Made by a program: the position numbers and the translations under genes. Below, one piece after another: positions 26,151 through 38,422 of a stretch of DNA of 64,000 nucleotides. The notes under the pieces are model-generated. The model made no database searches and was not told the DNA's origin. It saw only the letters and a program-made list of their open reading frames with translations. The DNA is from Setoptus koraiensis (Eukaryota; Animalia; Arthropoda). The stretch's first letter is position 1. Each line of letters starts with the position of its first letter. The DNA lies in contig CM106586.1 of the NCBI GenBank assembly GCA_048013815.1, positions 4,588,001 through 4,652,000 of the forward strand. Reading direction: 5' to 3'.

Positions 26151-29100
26151 TCATCTTTCTCGCAGCTTCCGAAGATGAGTGAGTCCGTAATCTACATAAG
26201 ACAATGGACTGTTTAATGGCGACTCACACGAGCACACCTCGCAATGATCTTCATCGCTACCATCACCACAACCGTCCACTCCACTACAAAGTATAGCTGT
26301 TGATCTACATTTTCCATTTGAGCATGTAAACGATTCCGCTGGACACTTGAGCATATTCGACGTGGTGTCATTATTAAATGAGTTGCTATCTATAGTGCGA
26401 CTTGGTGGGCCAAACTTTTTGTGATATTTCCTTTGGCGCGATGTTGCGGAAACAACCGCCGTGGATATTTGTGCCATGTTGTTGTTCTCGCATATTTGCT
26501 CTATTTCATCGCTGCCATCAAGACAATCTTCGACAGCATTACAGAATACATATTGAGGTAAACATTGTCCATTTCGACATCTAAACGCATTAGAATCACA
26601 CGATATGCCCTTGTAACAACGAGCTTCATCACTTCCGTCCGGACACTCCCAATGGCCATTGCAAACCTTGCTCCGCTGTAAACAGGTGCCATCATCGCAT
26701 TGGAAGGCCTCTTTGGGGCACCTGTGCGGTATACATTCGTCTTCGTCGCTTCCGTCGTCACAATTCTTGAATTTGTCGCAAACAAAATACCACGATATAC
26801 ACTGACCATTTCTGCATTGATACGTGTCCTTCAGGCAACCTGTTGCCTTGGCGCTGCACTGACTTGTTGGCCTCATGCATTCACAATAGCCGTCAATACA
26901 ATCGCTATAGGGATCCCTCTGTTGACATTCTTTGCTGTGTTTACATTTCTTGCCCAAAGATATCGCCTTATATCTGTGCAGATCCAGTACAGATGATTCA
27001 GTAGTTGTGGTGGTTGTCGATGTCGTGGTGGCCGCCGTATTGTTGCTGCCACTGGGCTGTTTCATCATTGTACTTGTATTGTTGCTCTTATCTGACTTGT
27101 TAATTGTGAATGGTACAGGTAGTTTTGTTGTTGTGCTAAAATGTTTGTGCTTATCACGATACTTGTCCGTCTTCGTATCAATAGTGCTAGTCTCAGGCGC
27201 TCTTGAGCTAGTGGTGGAAAACAAGGAAAAAGCGGGGGTCGTCGGCACAAATGTATCGTCGTTGGTTGATGATGCATTCATTGACTCTAGTGGTTGTGAC
27301 AGATTTGCCAAATGAAACTCTTGACTCAATGACGATTGGATGTCTATCATCATTGAGCCGGACAGATCGTCATTGTTGCCTTGCGTCTTGCCTGATGAAT
27401 TGTTATTGTCCTGAATTATGACATATTTATTCTTTTCTTTTTCCACCTTGTCCATGTGTTGCTCTCTATCACTCTCTATCTTGTCTTTTGTTGGCTCCGC
27501 GGTGATACGATTTTTGCCGTTTGTTGCCTGCTGTTTATCCATTGGTGTTGTGGTCAGTGTTGTCGTTGGTATGGTTACATAATCACTGGTCACAATTTTA
27601 TTTAGATCTGCCGAGTCAATTCTGTTATTTGTAACACCATCTGAGATACTACTGATGATGCTGGACGTTTGTTGCTGAGTGTTGGTTGTAATTTTTGCTG
27701 TTGTTGATGATGGACTAGATGTGGTTGTGGTTGTTGTTGATATATTAGAATGATGCTGATTATTGATTGTTGTGACATTCATCAAAGAGTCATCATAATT
27801 AGATGTTGTTGCTGTCAATGGTAACGATGAGACTGGCGTGGCAGTAGTGATCCTCATTCCTGTTAATTGTTGATTAGTATTGTTGTTTCTATCCCTTGAT
27901 AATGATGGTGCCTGATTCGTGCTAATTGGTAGTGGTGTTGTTGTTGTTGTTGTTGTTACGAGCAATTTCGTCAGACAATACATCTTATTTGCTGACATCT
28001 CGTAGCCTTCCTTGCAAGCGCATCGCGGCGACATGATTGATTGGCTTCTCGATGCTCTGTGGGTTGGCTTTTTACAATATGAATTTAACGTAGCTATTAG
28101 ACAGTGTTCATCTAATTTGCATTCGTCGCCCAGTCTTGGGTAGCAATGATCACTTGACATTAAATGATTGATGGGACATTTGCATTTGCCATAAATATGG
28201 GGTATAATCCATTTGCAAAAAGAGTATTGATTGTTCAATTTACACTGTTCGTCCCTGAGACAATAATCATTTAAGACAGCAGCTAAATAGAGATGAGATG
28301 AAAAAACAAATACGAACAAATTTTCGTTATTATGACGAATGGGATCGTTGTTATGTATGAATGATCATGAATGCGAGATTGATGATCATGACGAGGTGGT
28401 CATAAAAAACACTTATTAGATAATCGGATGGATTACATACGCGCTAGGCATTTGTCCTTGCGATGAGCAACAAAATCCGTTTGACACTGACAGACGCCCT
28501 CGAGACAATGGCTGTTTGATACTTTCTTTGTACATTGAGAATCTATTTGACAAGAGTAGCTGAGAAGGACAGCTGATAAATTAGGAGGACGAAAACATTA
28601 CGTTAATTGTTGTTCGTTTGCAAGCGACGATTGGATCAATTAATTGGTGTAGTGAGTTTGAGTGAAAGTGAACTTGTCACTATTGGATAAATGTTGCACA
28701 ATTGTGATCAATTGTGTAATATAAATTTGTATTGTGTGCATACTTACGCGGTAGACAAACAGTTGAATTTAAGGGGACATAATAGGGCAGACATTGGCAG
28801 GTTGAATTGTCTCCATCACAATGGGCATTTTGTATATGGGGACTACAATCGCGACTGAATCGACACACTGAGCCCAATTTGATTGCATTAAAATCTTGCT
28901 GATCGCCAATAACATTGCGATATAAGGGCGCAGTCAATGCAGTTTGTTGTTTTGTCAGTGTCTGTTGGCCAACTAATGAAGAATAATTCATTAGCGCTTG
29001 TTTGTGTCGATCAATGGCAGTTTGATAGTAATAATATAGGCTGCTACTTTGTGGACTTGTCGTTTGCGCTGCCAGAGTTTGTGATTTTGGGCCCGAATGG

Positions 29101-31113
29101 CTACCTGTGAGTGACTTTGTTTTGCCCACGTGACTGTTAATTGGCGCAAACAGTCGAGATTGCTCGTCGCTTGATTGGCTCGGCTGCTTAATTGAGGCCG
29201 GCGGTTGCGGCGGCGATCTAGTTGTTGTCGTGGGTATAAAATAATTCCTATACCGATGCACAAACGGCCTGCTGTCTTGCTTGTATCCGGTAGCTTGAGG
29301 CTCGCTGAATCGCTTAGACAGGAGCTTGTCATTTGGTCTTTGGTAGTGCTGATAATAGTGAGATGATAGCGAGGAGCCTGTGCGAGCAAGCGAGCAATTT
29401 GCATAGACGGCGACGTCGGCGTTGCGACGATCAAGATGTTGAATTGCACAGATTAGAGTGAGATAGTGTGAAAGGGGAAACGGGTTTGTCACGTCACGGC
29501 CAGGGCGAAAGAGTTCGCGAAGCAACACTTACCACTGAACTTGGGTCGATAGTCCAAAGCGCTGGCCATCATTAGTGACGACGAGCTTAATGTGCTGGGG
29601 TAGTGAGATTCATAGATGATGCCAAACTGTGATTGAAAGAGTTGAGAAGGAATGAAACGACACAAAGAACGAAATGGTGAGAACGAATGGCAAACAAAAG
29701 TGATTACACTTGTTAGGAGGATGTAGACAATCACGTTCTGGCCATTATGCCGTTTGCACGATTTTTGGCCGTCTGCTGCAGACGGTCTGCAGAAGCAGCC
29801 AATTTCAATTTCAATCAATTTTCGCTCTCGATAATACAATTTTTGTGTCCTGTTGTCCGATGCTCCACAACTCATCGTGTTCGAATCGTGTCAACTCTTT
29901 TCTTTTGCACATAATCACCACTCACCTGTAAGATAAATAGAATCAGGCATGTGGCGGACGATAGCTGATGATGCAAATGTTGCCTGGTGCTTGTGTTGAT
30001 TTTGTTCTCGGCTACTGTCAATGGAGGTGACGGCCAACAACAATCACTGTCGATATTGCATTTGTTTGTTGTTGCTGTTGTCGTGGTTGTTGTTGCCGCC
30101 GCCGCCGCTGTTGTTGTCGTGGTTGCAGTTGTGGCTGTTGGTGTGGCTGCCAGCGACAATTGTCTGTTGTTGCTGAGATTTGTTGTTGTTGCATTTAATT
30201 TTACAATTTTATTTTTACTCTCTTTTCTTTGCTTTGCTTGCGTCATCGTTGATTGGCGATGCTGCTCGCTGGCATGTTTGTTACTTGTTGCTCGCTTGCG
30301 ACCTGTTGCTTTGCCGGCAGCGTCGTCTTGTGACGCTACCGCGCCATGTTGTTGTCTATCTAAATTGGTGGCATCACTGGTAAATGGCGCTGTCAAAAAA
30401 TTAGAGCTGCTGCTGCTGCTGGTGATGCTGTCAGTGTAATTTTTGCTAATATTTTCATTTTCATTGTTATTGTTGATGTTGTTGCAATGCAGCACAATTA
30501 TTGCTGTTGTGCTGCCATTGTTGCCGCTGTCGTCTGTTGTGTTTGACGGCGACGACGGCGACGACGACGACGAAACGAAAGTTGGCCACAATTTCAAATT
30601 ATCAACAGTTCTCGCATGTCGCACTTTATTATCTAATAATGATGATAATAATAGTTTGTTAGTTGTCGGTGTTTCATTTTTAGACGCAACAACAGCAACA
30701 TCAACAACAACAACCGCACAATCAACAACATGTAAATTTAAATTTGAGCCTGCATCAATCGGACTGGCGCGACTGGCCGCCGCTGTTGTTATTGTTACGT
30801 AAGTTGTCTCTGTGTCTCTGTTGCGCCGGCTCGCAAAAAGTCTACGCACCGACAGGCGTAATTGTGCTGTTGCAACTTTATAACCGTCAATACTCTTTGT
30901 GCACCCGTTTATAGATTGTGTATTCGCTTCACCTGAGTGCGTATTCATTGTGTTGTTGTTGTTGTCATTGTGGCGGCTGTGGTCGCTGTTGTGGTCGCTG
31001 TTGTGGTTGCTGTTGTCGCTGCTGTGGTTGCTGTTGTTGTCGCCGGTGTGGTCAGTGAATGGGCGACAATGGGCGCCACTATCATTGGCGCTGCCGCGAT
31101 TGACAGAGGCCAT
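26151..31113 (-). CDS. EB-module and LDL-receptor class A repeat protein, ~1,347 aa; exons 29926..31113, 29533..29626, 28748..29377, 26151..28282
   Basis: Four LDLa repeats (C...C.DGSDE) and four EB-like Cys modules (LG..C....C). All three introns have canonical sites with matching phases: CAG|GTGAGT to CACAG|TTT (0), GTG|GTAAGT to CACAG|GC (1), CGC|GTAAGT to TTTAG|CT (1). The spliced length of 4,044 nt is divisible by 3. The start codon is uncertain. Confidence 0.8.
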
Positions 31114-31195
31114 GGCAATTGTTGTTGTTGTTGTTGTGCCGAGTTTAAATAAAAGTTAAAGTGCGCCGCAAACAATGCCCACCAATCGGATGAAC

Positions 31196-31239
31196 TTGGC
31201 TCACCTGTTTGGCTCACCTGTTTGGCTCACCTGTTTGGC
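31196..31239. repeat. 13-bp tandem repeat (TTGGCTCACCTGT) x3.4
   Basis: Read directly; lies ~85 bp upstream of the putative ATG of the EB/LDLa gene. Confidence 0.95.
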
Positions 31240-31580
31240 GCGGTTGCTGTTGCGTAATTAGTGTTGGTTGTGTTGTGGTTTGTGGTTTGTGTGCTGTGAG
31301 TTGTGTGGCCGTAACCTTGCCGCTGCGGCCGGTCGCGGATTGAGCCACTCAAGTCGCCAATCAATGCGACAAGCTACTATGTCCGTTACGTCGGGCTCAC
31401 AATATGTTGTTAGTTTTTGGCTGACTCGCTCGATTGAATTCGTTTTGCTCTCATTACTGTCACTATTATATGAGCTATTATGCGAGCTAGTGTGTTTGCT
31501 AGTAATTGACGATGAGTCACTCTATTATTCACTGCTATTGGTGGTACAATTATTCAATCCTCGCTCCTTCGACGATGAGA

Positions 31581-31639
31581 TTCACCTGTTGTTACCTGTT
31601 GTTACCTGTTGTTACCTGTTGTTACCTGTTGCCTGTTAC
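31581..31639. repeat. 10-bp tandem repeat (GTTACCTGTT) x4 plus variants
   Basis: TTCACCTGTT followed by four GTTACCTGTT and a truncated copy. Confidence 0.95.
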
Positions 31640-32428
31640 AGAATGCAGGTGATGGGTTATGTGATATATGGTGATGTGTGCGCCTTGGCACACAAACCGA
31701 CAACGGACGACGGTCAACAGCTACTGTCGCTGTTTGCGCTTGTTGTGCTGCCGGCCACTAGAAACTTGCTGCAATTTGCTGCTGCTGCTGCTGGCTACAT
31801 TGGGCTGGCTGCCTTGCCAAGCGACATTGAGGAAGCGACATTACAGGCGATATTACGAGCGACATGAGGGCGACACGCCGGCGATTTACCTGCTGGGTGC
31901 ATGAATTGGTAATTGGGGACAATTGGACAATTTTTTGCTGTTCAGTGTTGTGTTGTTTGCTTAGTGTTAGTTGATCATTAGTTGTCGGTTTGTCTCGTCT
32001 CAGCCAGCTAAATTAGTCTAATCGCGAGCCATCACGCTCCACTGGATTTTGGCGATTTTGCTGAGCTGAGCTCTGACTTGTGCTCACTGAAATTGGTAAG
32101 ACTTTACTTTACTTTACTTGACTCAGTTGCTCACTTGGGCTCGAAGCCTCGGGTGTCCTGTTAGCTGAACTGCCACTCGACAACTGACACTTGTGGCTGA
32201 TAGCGGCAAGGTGCAATATGAATCAGTGCCACTAATTTAGTGGTGTGCGCATAACAGCAGCAGTGGCAGCAGCAACACGTCGACTTGCATTTGAATTTAC
32301 GTTGTTTAGTCAATGGTGTCGCACTGGGTTGGTGTCACTTGCAAACGGTTGTCAGCTGAATCTCACCTGAGAGGCTCTCACAACTGAACGCACTGTCAGA
32401 CTAAATTAGACAGCTATATTAGCCACCG

Positions 32429-32501
32429 TTGTTGTTGTCGCTGTTGTTGTTGTTGCTGCTGTTGTTGTTGCTGTTGTTGTTGTTGCTGCTGCTGCTGTTG
32501 A
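32429..32501. repeat. Mixed (GTT/GCT)n microsatellite
   Basis: Read directly; explains the poly-Leu ORF 32429..32680. Confidence 0.9.
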
Positions 32502-34670
32502 GGCTTCTGCCGTTGCAAACACCGTACGCCAAACAGTCTGAGCGAGCGTCTGAGCGGGTGTCGTGCTCATGCAAACTATCATTTAAATTTAAACTTTACA
32601 CACTGATCAGCATTGTCGAGATCGCACAGGTGAGCCGGTCGTGGATAACGAATCTCACAATGAAGATACAGCCAGCTTAGACAGTTCAACACACAGGTGA
32701 AGCTGCTCAGAAACGTCGGAGCTGACACAGGTGAGGGCGCTGTTGATTGCCAAATACAACAAACGAACGAACCGAGCAACAAATCGTTACGAATTCGTGA
32801 TTCGAATTAGTGAGCTCGATGGGGCAGGGCGTGGTCAGTCAGCTTTGGCTTGTGTGTTATCACTTTCTTCGTCTTGATTATAGCCCTACGGTATTATTAT
32901 TATTATATCGACTGCTGCGCCACTGAGCACTTGTGTCGCCTCACCTGTTCGAATCGATCACCGTCTACAAACAGCAGCTACCATTGCGACAACAGCAACG
33001 TAATTGCAACGATCATTGCCGATAACTCGGCGCCCATGAGCCCATCCGACAATCAGCCGATAATCATCAGTGCAACGGCAACCCATACGGCACCCATAAT
33101 GACAATTGGCATCACAACCGGGCGTCGACGTACGCCATACAGTGACATATCATCAGTGTCAGACGCAAGCGCTCAGTAATAAAATACAAACATTTTATCT
33201 ACGAGCTTCAGTGTGTGCCTTGCATTTAAATGCGATTTTATCGGATAAATTTATTTTATCCTTTTTATGTGCGTGTGTCAAGACAAGTTGAACAATAAAA
33301 ATAAAAACATTGGACGCCATTCTGCAGGTGGGTGCCATATTGATGATGCGCCGCTCAACAACTCGGCAAGCATCACTTGCAACAGGTATGAGCGTCTGTG
33401 TGTATGAGCGCATACTAATTAATTATTAATTAGCTAATCGCTTGAGACCTGTGCCTATCATTTGTCGGATCTCATTATCCTCTTGCTCTGCAAATATGTG
33501 TGTTTATAACATATAATATGTGTGTTATTTCTCATAGTGCGTGTGTGTGTCATCACAGTGTTTGAGATAGGCGCACAGATAAGATGACAGAGATAAGATT
33601 AGCGTTCATGATTTCATTTCAAATTTCCAAATTTATTTACAGTAGCTATATTTATATTGGCCGCTTCGTGGTGCTCAACGGCAAGCGATGATCGCAAAAA
33701 GATGGGTCACTAAACTAACTAATGATCCTCTCAATGATCAACACATTTTTGCACCGGCAGCCAGAAACTTTTTGCCGCGATTGATGCTCGACGAGGCTGC
33801 TTGGCCAACTAAAATCTCTGATTGGGTTGCTGTTGTTGCTGGCGCATTCGAGATACAAATTACAAGCTAACAAAATTGTAAGTATAAAATAATAAACCGG
33901 CTAACTCATGCAACAATCAGCGTCGGATAGGCAGGCTGCAGTTGGTGTCGCACTTCACTTTGCTGCTATATCTCTCACAAACTTGAACTTGTAATCTACA
34001 CTTTGTTGAATGTTAATTGGCCAACGTTGACTCAATTAATTGATGATTGTAGAGAAGATAAATTACGGTGCAATTACGTCATCGTCGCTGTTGTTAGTTA
34101 GTTAAGTTATTGAACGGGTTTGTTCATGATGACAATAAAACAACAGCAACAGCAACATCAACAACAGCAACAGTGGACGTGGGCGATCTCGCTCGACGAC
34201 CCCATCTGATATCTCGCACAGATTGTGCCGCATGATTCGAAAATTCAATTCATGACTCTCAACCCATCTGACTGGGCATCCTCTCAGTGCAATGTGTGTG
34301 TCCACTGATTGTCTACAATGTTGACAAAACAAACAAATTAACACAAGACCGTCCCATCATTTCGACACAACCAAGTGCAACATTTAGATCAAGGTCATGT
34401 GGAGGCAGGTGAATATGATCGATCTCTGGTGGTGCTGGCACAAAATGGGCGAGTTATTTTATAAAAGATAATTACTATTTATTACTTGTTTGTGCTCCTT
34501 TTAAACTGTTGTAAACTGTTAATAATAACTGATTAACAATCAAGGCGCAACAACAATTAGTTAAAGTGGCCGACAGGAGATCGTGCTCTCGGATTGACCC
34601 TGAAACATGCTTGTTGTTTGTGTTGGGCCGAGCTTTTTGTCGTCCAACACCGTTCTGAAAACTAATTAAT

Positions 34671-34740
34671 TGCTGCCAATAACAGTGCCAATGACAGTGC
34701 CAATAGCAGTGCCAATAGCAGTGCCAATAATAGTGGCAAA
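34671..34740. repeat. 12-bp degenerate tandem repeat (CAGTGCCAATAG-like) x5
   Basis: TGCCAAT at 34674, 34686, 34698, 34710 and 34722. Confidence 0.9.
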
Positions 34741-36785
34741 AATAGTGAACATTGTGTGCCTCACGACAAGACTCGTTTGCTGGAAGGACTCGATCAATAA
34801 TTATTATCAATTGTAACAATTGCAGCCCGTTCAGTTGGCCATCACTGTTTATTTACAATAAATAATGATGTGATAAAGTGATGCATTTATAGTGATTCAA
34901 GCGGTGGCATTGATACATTGTGGCAGTGGCAGTTAATTCAAACAAATGGTGGCCAAACACAATTACTGTCAGTTATTGTACAGTTATTGTGTCAGTTGTG
35001 TGTCATGAGGCGCGATAAATCATGAGCGAGACAAACAAAGCAGCAATACGTTTGATGGATCTTTAAATGTCTAAGTGTCCTCATGTTTGCAGAGTAAACA
35101 ACAACCAATGAGCATTCCGCGAGCGATTCGGAATCATTTAGTAATTGTGCAAAGTGTGCAAGCATAGGTTATTAGTTTGTCTACTGGAGGATTCTTTTCT
35201 TTTTTGGCAACATCACCACCTAAGAGAAGAATGGACACGATGATGAACGACAACATACAAGTTGATCGTGTTGCTTGTCGTGCGTCCCGCAACAACCAAA
35301 TGACAACAACAATAAATCAATGCAATGTGAATAGGTCAATAGGTGAAGTGATTACGACCAAGGTGAGTGGTCATTTCGATTAACGGCCCAGATTTTGGCG
35401 GGCAGATTTCGATCTGGCCAAGTCGCACATGGGCAACAATGGGCAAGTGACGCGCAATTGACGCTTCGCATTAGGCAAGCGAGAAATATCAATCATTATG
35501 TGAGTACAATCTCCATCCATCGTCCATGAATAGAAAGACTTAATAATATTTTTTCGGCTTGTCCCGATACAAGATAGAATCTACTTTTTAAGCTACCTGT
35601 TGATTTGCATTGCAAGTGGCAGCAACTGCAAGAGAAGAAGAAGAAGAGGAGGCAACGGTTCCAGTTGTTACTAAACACACTCAACGGACAACAAAAGAAA
35701 CATGATGATGATCAAAATTGGTCAAACTCTCGATGTGTTCTCTCGATAATAATTCTTGATAGTAATGCAAGCATGGTGACTATAAATAGAGTTTACAAAA
35801 TAATTCCTAAAGATAAATCTAAAATAAAGAGAGGATAAAATAAGAATGCGCGACTTGGCGAAAATTATCACTGGCAACTCTCCGTTTCTGTGGTCAGTCT
35901 ATCATGGGTTCAGTTGGCAAGACGTTGCTGTGGGTGCCCGTTGAAGATGGCCGTTGTAAAACGATGAGGGTTGCAAAAGCAGTTTGGGGCAGTTATTTGG
36001 CAGTTTTCTTTTGCACTTTGCTCTTGCGCTCACAATAGAGAATAGACTGAAATGAGAGATGATATGAAATGTGAGAATAATAATAATCTCACAGGTAATA
36101 ACTGTCGGGCAAACGTAACCAGACACTAAATATCGTGACAAATATAAATAATATTAATGAAATTATGTCACACATGCCATGCCGCTTAATGTGATGCGAT
36201 GCGATGTGATAAATCCATTGGCCACCATTATGTCGACTGCGAGTGTCGACTGTGTGACAACAAGTGTTTGAACAACTCGCTAAGCTTGTAAGCGTCGGCA
36301 AAGGTGAGCGCCAAGATGGATGCAAGAAAAATCATCTCTCTCTCGGCCATGGCACCTCACGCAGGCTTGCCCTTGCCCCCTCTATTCGGGCGTCTCATTC
36401 ACCTGTCTCATTCTGTTGCGTAATTCACAAATAATATTTCTCTTGGTCACTATTAAGCCAGCAGGTAGCTGCGACAGGTAGCTCCAAGTTGACAGTTCAA
36501 TCAGCTGTGTAGGCACAATTGTCTCAAAGTGGCTGTGTCTTCTATGGACTCTATACCATGGATGGAGTGCATAGTTACTCTATAGTGACTATAAACACAA
36601 ATCTCTGTATTTATTTATTATATCTGTGTGAGTTAGTGTATTATGTAATGCAATGTGTCGTGTCTTGTCTCAATTGTTTGCCGCCGCTGTCCAATGTCAA
36701 TGTCACTGTCAACTATTGTGCTGGCCCATTGATGGCCATTACGGATTCTAATTATTTTGGCTCAGTTCCCACGATCAATTTAACA

Positions 36786-36878
36786 CTGCCGCTGCCGCTG
36801 CCGCTGCCGCTGCCGCTGCCGCTGCCGCTGCCGCTGCCGCTGCCGCTGCCGCTGCCGCTGCCGCTGCCGCCGCCGCCG
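36786..36878. repeat. (CTGCCG)14 hexanucleotide microsatellite followed by (CCG)3
   Basis: Read directly; explains the LPLPLP, GSGSGS and poly-Ala ORFs. Confidence 0.97.
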
Positions 36879-38347
36879 CTGTCCAATTGACACTGGTCCG
36901 ACCAATGACGCAATAATGCAACCACGATGGCGGCCATTGGTCAAGCAAACGCCAGTTATGCGATAGTGTGTGTGTGCGCAACAGTGTGGCGGCGGTGGTC
37001 AGTGGCGGTTGCGCAATAATCATCGTCAATAACTATACTTGTTGCTCGGGATCTCTCTGTTTGTGTATTCTCTGACACAGTTAGATGTGCCACTACCGGC
37101 GCCATTAACTGCTGACCTTGACAATTAACCGAACAACAACCGGCCCAACTAACGACTAACGGATATGCAGTCGATGGGCTGCAAATTCAATTTAATCACC
37201 CCTCGCTCAATCGCTAATTGTCCGGCGCGTCAATTGTTCACTAGCTACTTTGCCAACACTGGCAAGCTCTCCGTTTCACCTGTTATCACCATTTACTATT
37301 TGCATCTTGCATCATGTAGATTAACTGCCTGCCCCTGCTCCTATTAACCGTGAGCTAACGGGTAATGGGAGCCAGGGGAGAGAGAGGGAGAGAAGAGGAA
37401 ATAGGCTAACGGACACAATCAAGGACAATCGAGAATGTGCGCCTTGTTTTGTTGTTTGTCTGACACACTTATGTCGTCCTTTGCGCCAGTCGCTCCCCGA
37501 CAAGTGCTCCGACAATGACAACAGCTTTTACCTAACGCTATTTCCTCACTTATTTCTGCCACAACTGTTACAGCCGCCAATGCTGCTGCGGCTGCGGCTG
37601 ATGAGCATATTATGTAAATTAGATTGAGTCATCATCAATTAATTAAATGACAAGAGTTCCTTGTGTGGCAACTTTGTCGTCGTCTGCTCTGACCGGCTCA
37701 GCTGACCATTAGCTTTGGTTAGCTCGCTAACGGAGCGCAACTGTTTTTATGTGACGGCATTGGTGGTGCGGTCACTGTTAGTGTCACTGTTAGACTAACA
37801 GTGCCTGTTAGTGTTGTTAACCAGTGTTAACAAACAACAATAAGTTACCTAATAGTTGCTGCGAGTGTTGCGTTTCATCGATTGTGACGCAAGGCGTCAT
37901 TTTTGGCTTTTTCTCTCTGTGTTTGCTTGCTGCTGCTGCTGTCAAGCGGTACAGGTAAGCAAACGTCAATATGCTGACTATCATCATGATAGAATATAAG
38001 ACTAACCTAGTATTAGGTCACTCACTGTGGACAGTTATGCGGTTGCTATTGTCGGCCTGTGTCGACTAGGTGTGTATTTAGTGGTCATTAGTGAGCAGTT
38101 GCCAATTAGCGGCACAACCGGCGCATTTGAACCATGTCATTTTCCGACACACACCTACGTAAGCGTGCAGAGGAAACAAGCAAATAATCGGATCTCTCTC
38201 TCAGTCTCGCTGTTTATTATTAGCCAATGTCGTGATTTGTTTATTTGTGAATGTTGTTTGTATTTCGACCATTTCATCTTGGTCATCGCTCACACACATT
38301 GGCTACCCACAAACAGCCAATCATTGGCATGACGCAACATGTGTGTA

Positions 38348-38422
38348 CACGTTGTCCAACGTAATGTTGTCCATTGCAATGTTGTCCATTGCAATGTTGT
38401 CCATTGTAATGTTGTCCATGCC
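38348..38422. repeat. 15-bp tandem repeat (AATGTTGTCCATTGC-like) x~5
   Basis: Units at 38348, 38363, 38378, 38393 and 38408; explains the HCNVV and WTTLQ ORFs. Confidence 0.9.

Noticed and set aside
29987-31217. Poly-Val/Leu/Thr ORFs
   Set aside because: Alternative frames of ACA/AAC triplet runs in the EB/LDLa first exon.
32750-32790. miR-375-like TTTGTT/GTTCG stretch
   Set aside because: Does not match the mature sequence and shows no hairpin; no other conserved arthropod miRNA was recognised by eye.
36519-37029. LPLPLP, GSGSGS and poly-Ala ORFs
   Set aside because: Translations of the (CTGCCG)14 microsatellite.
31196-38422. Short tandem arrays as CRISPR-like repeats
   Set aside because: No unique spacers, eukaryotic context and no cas genes.
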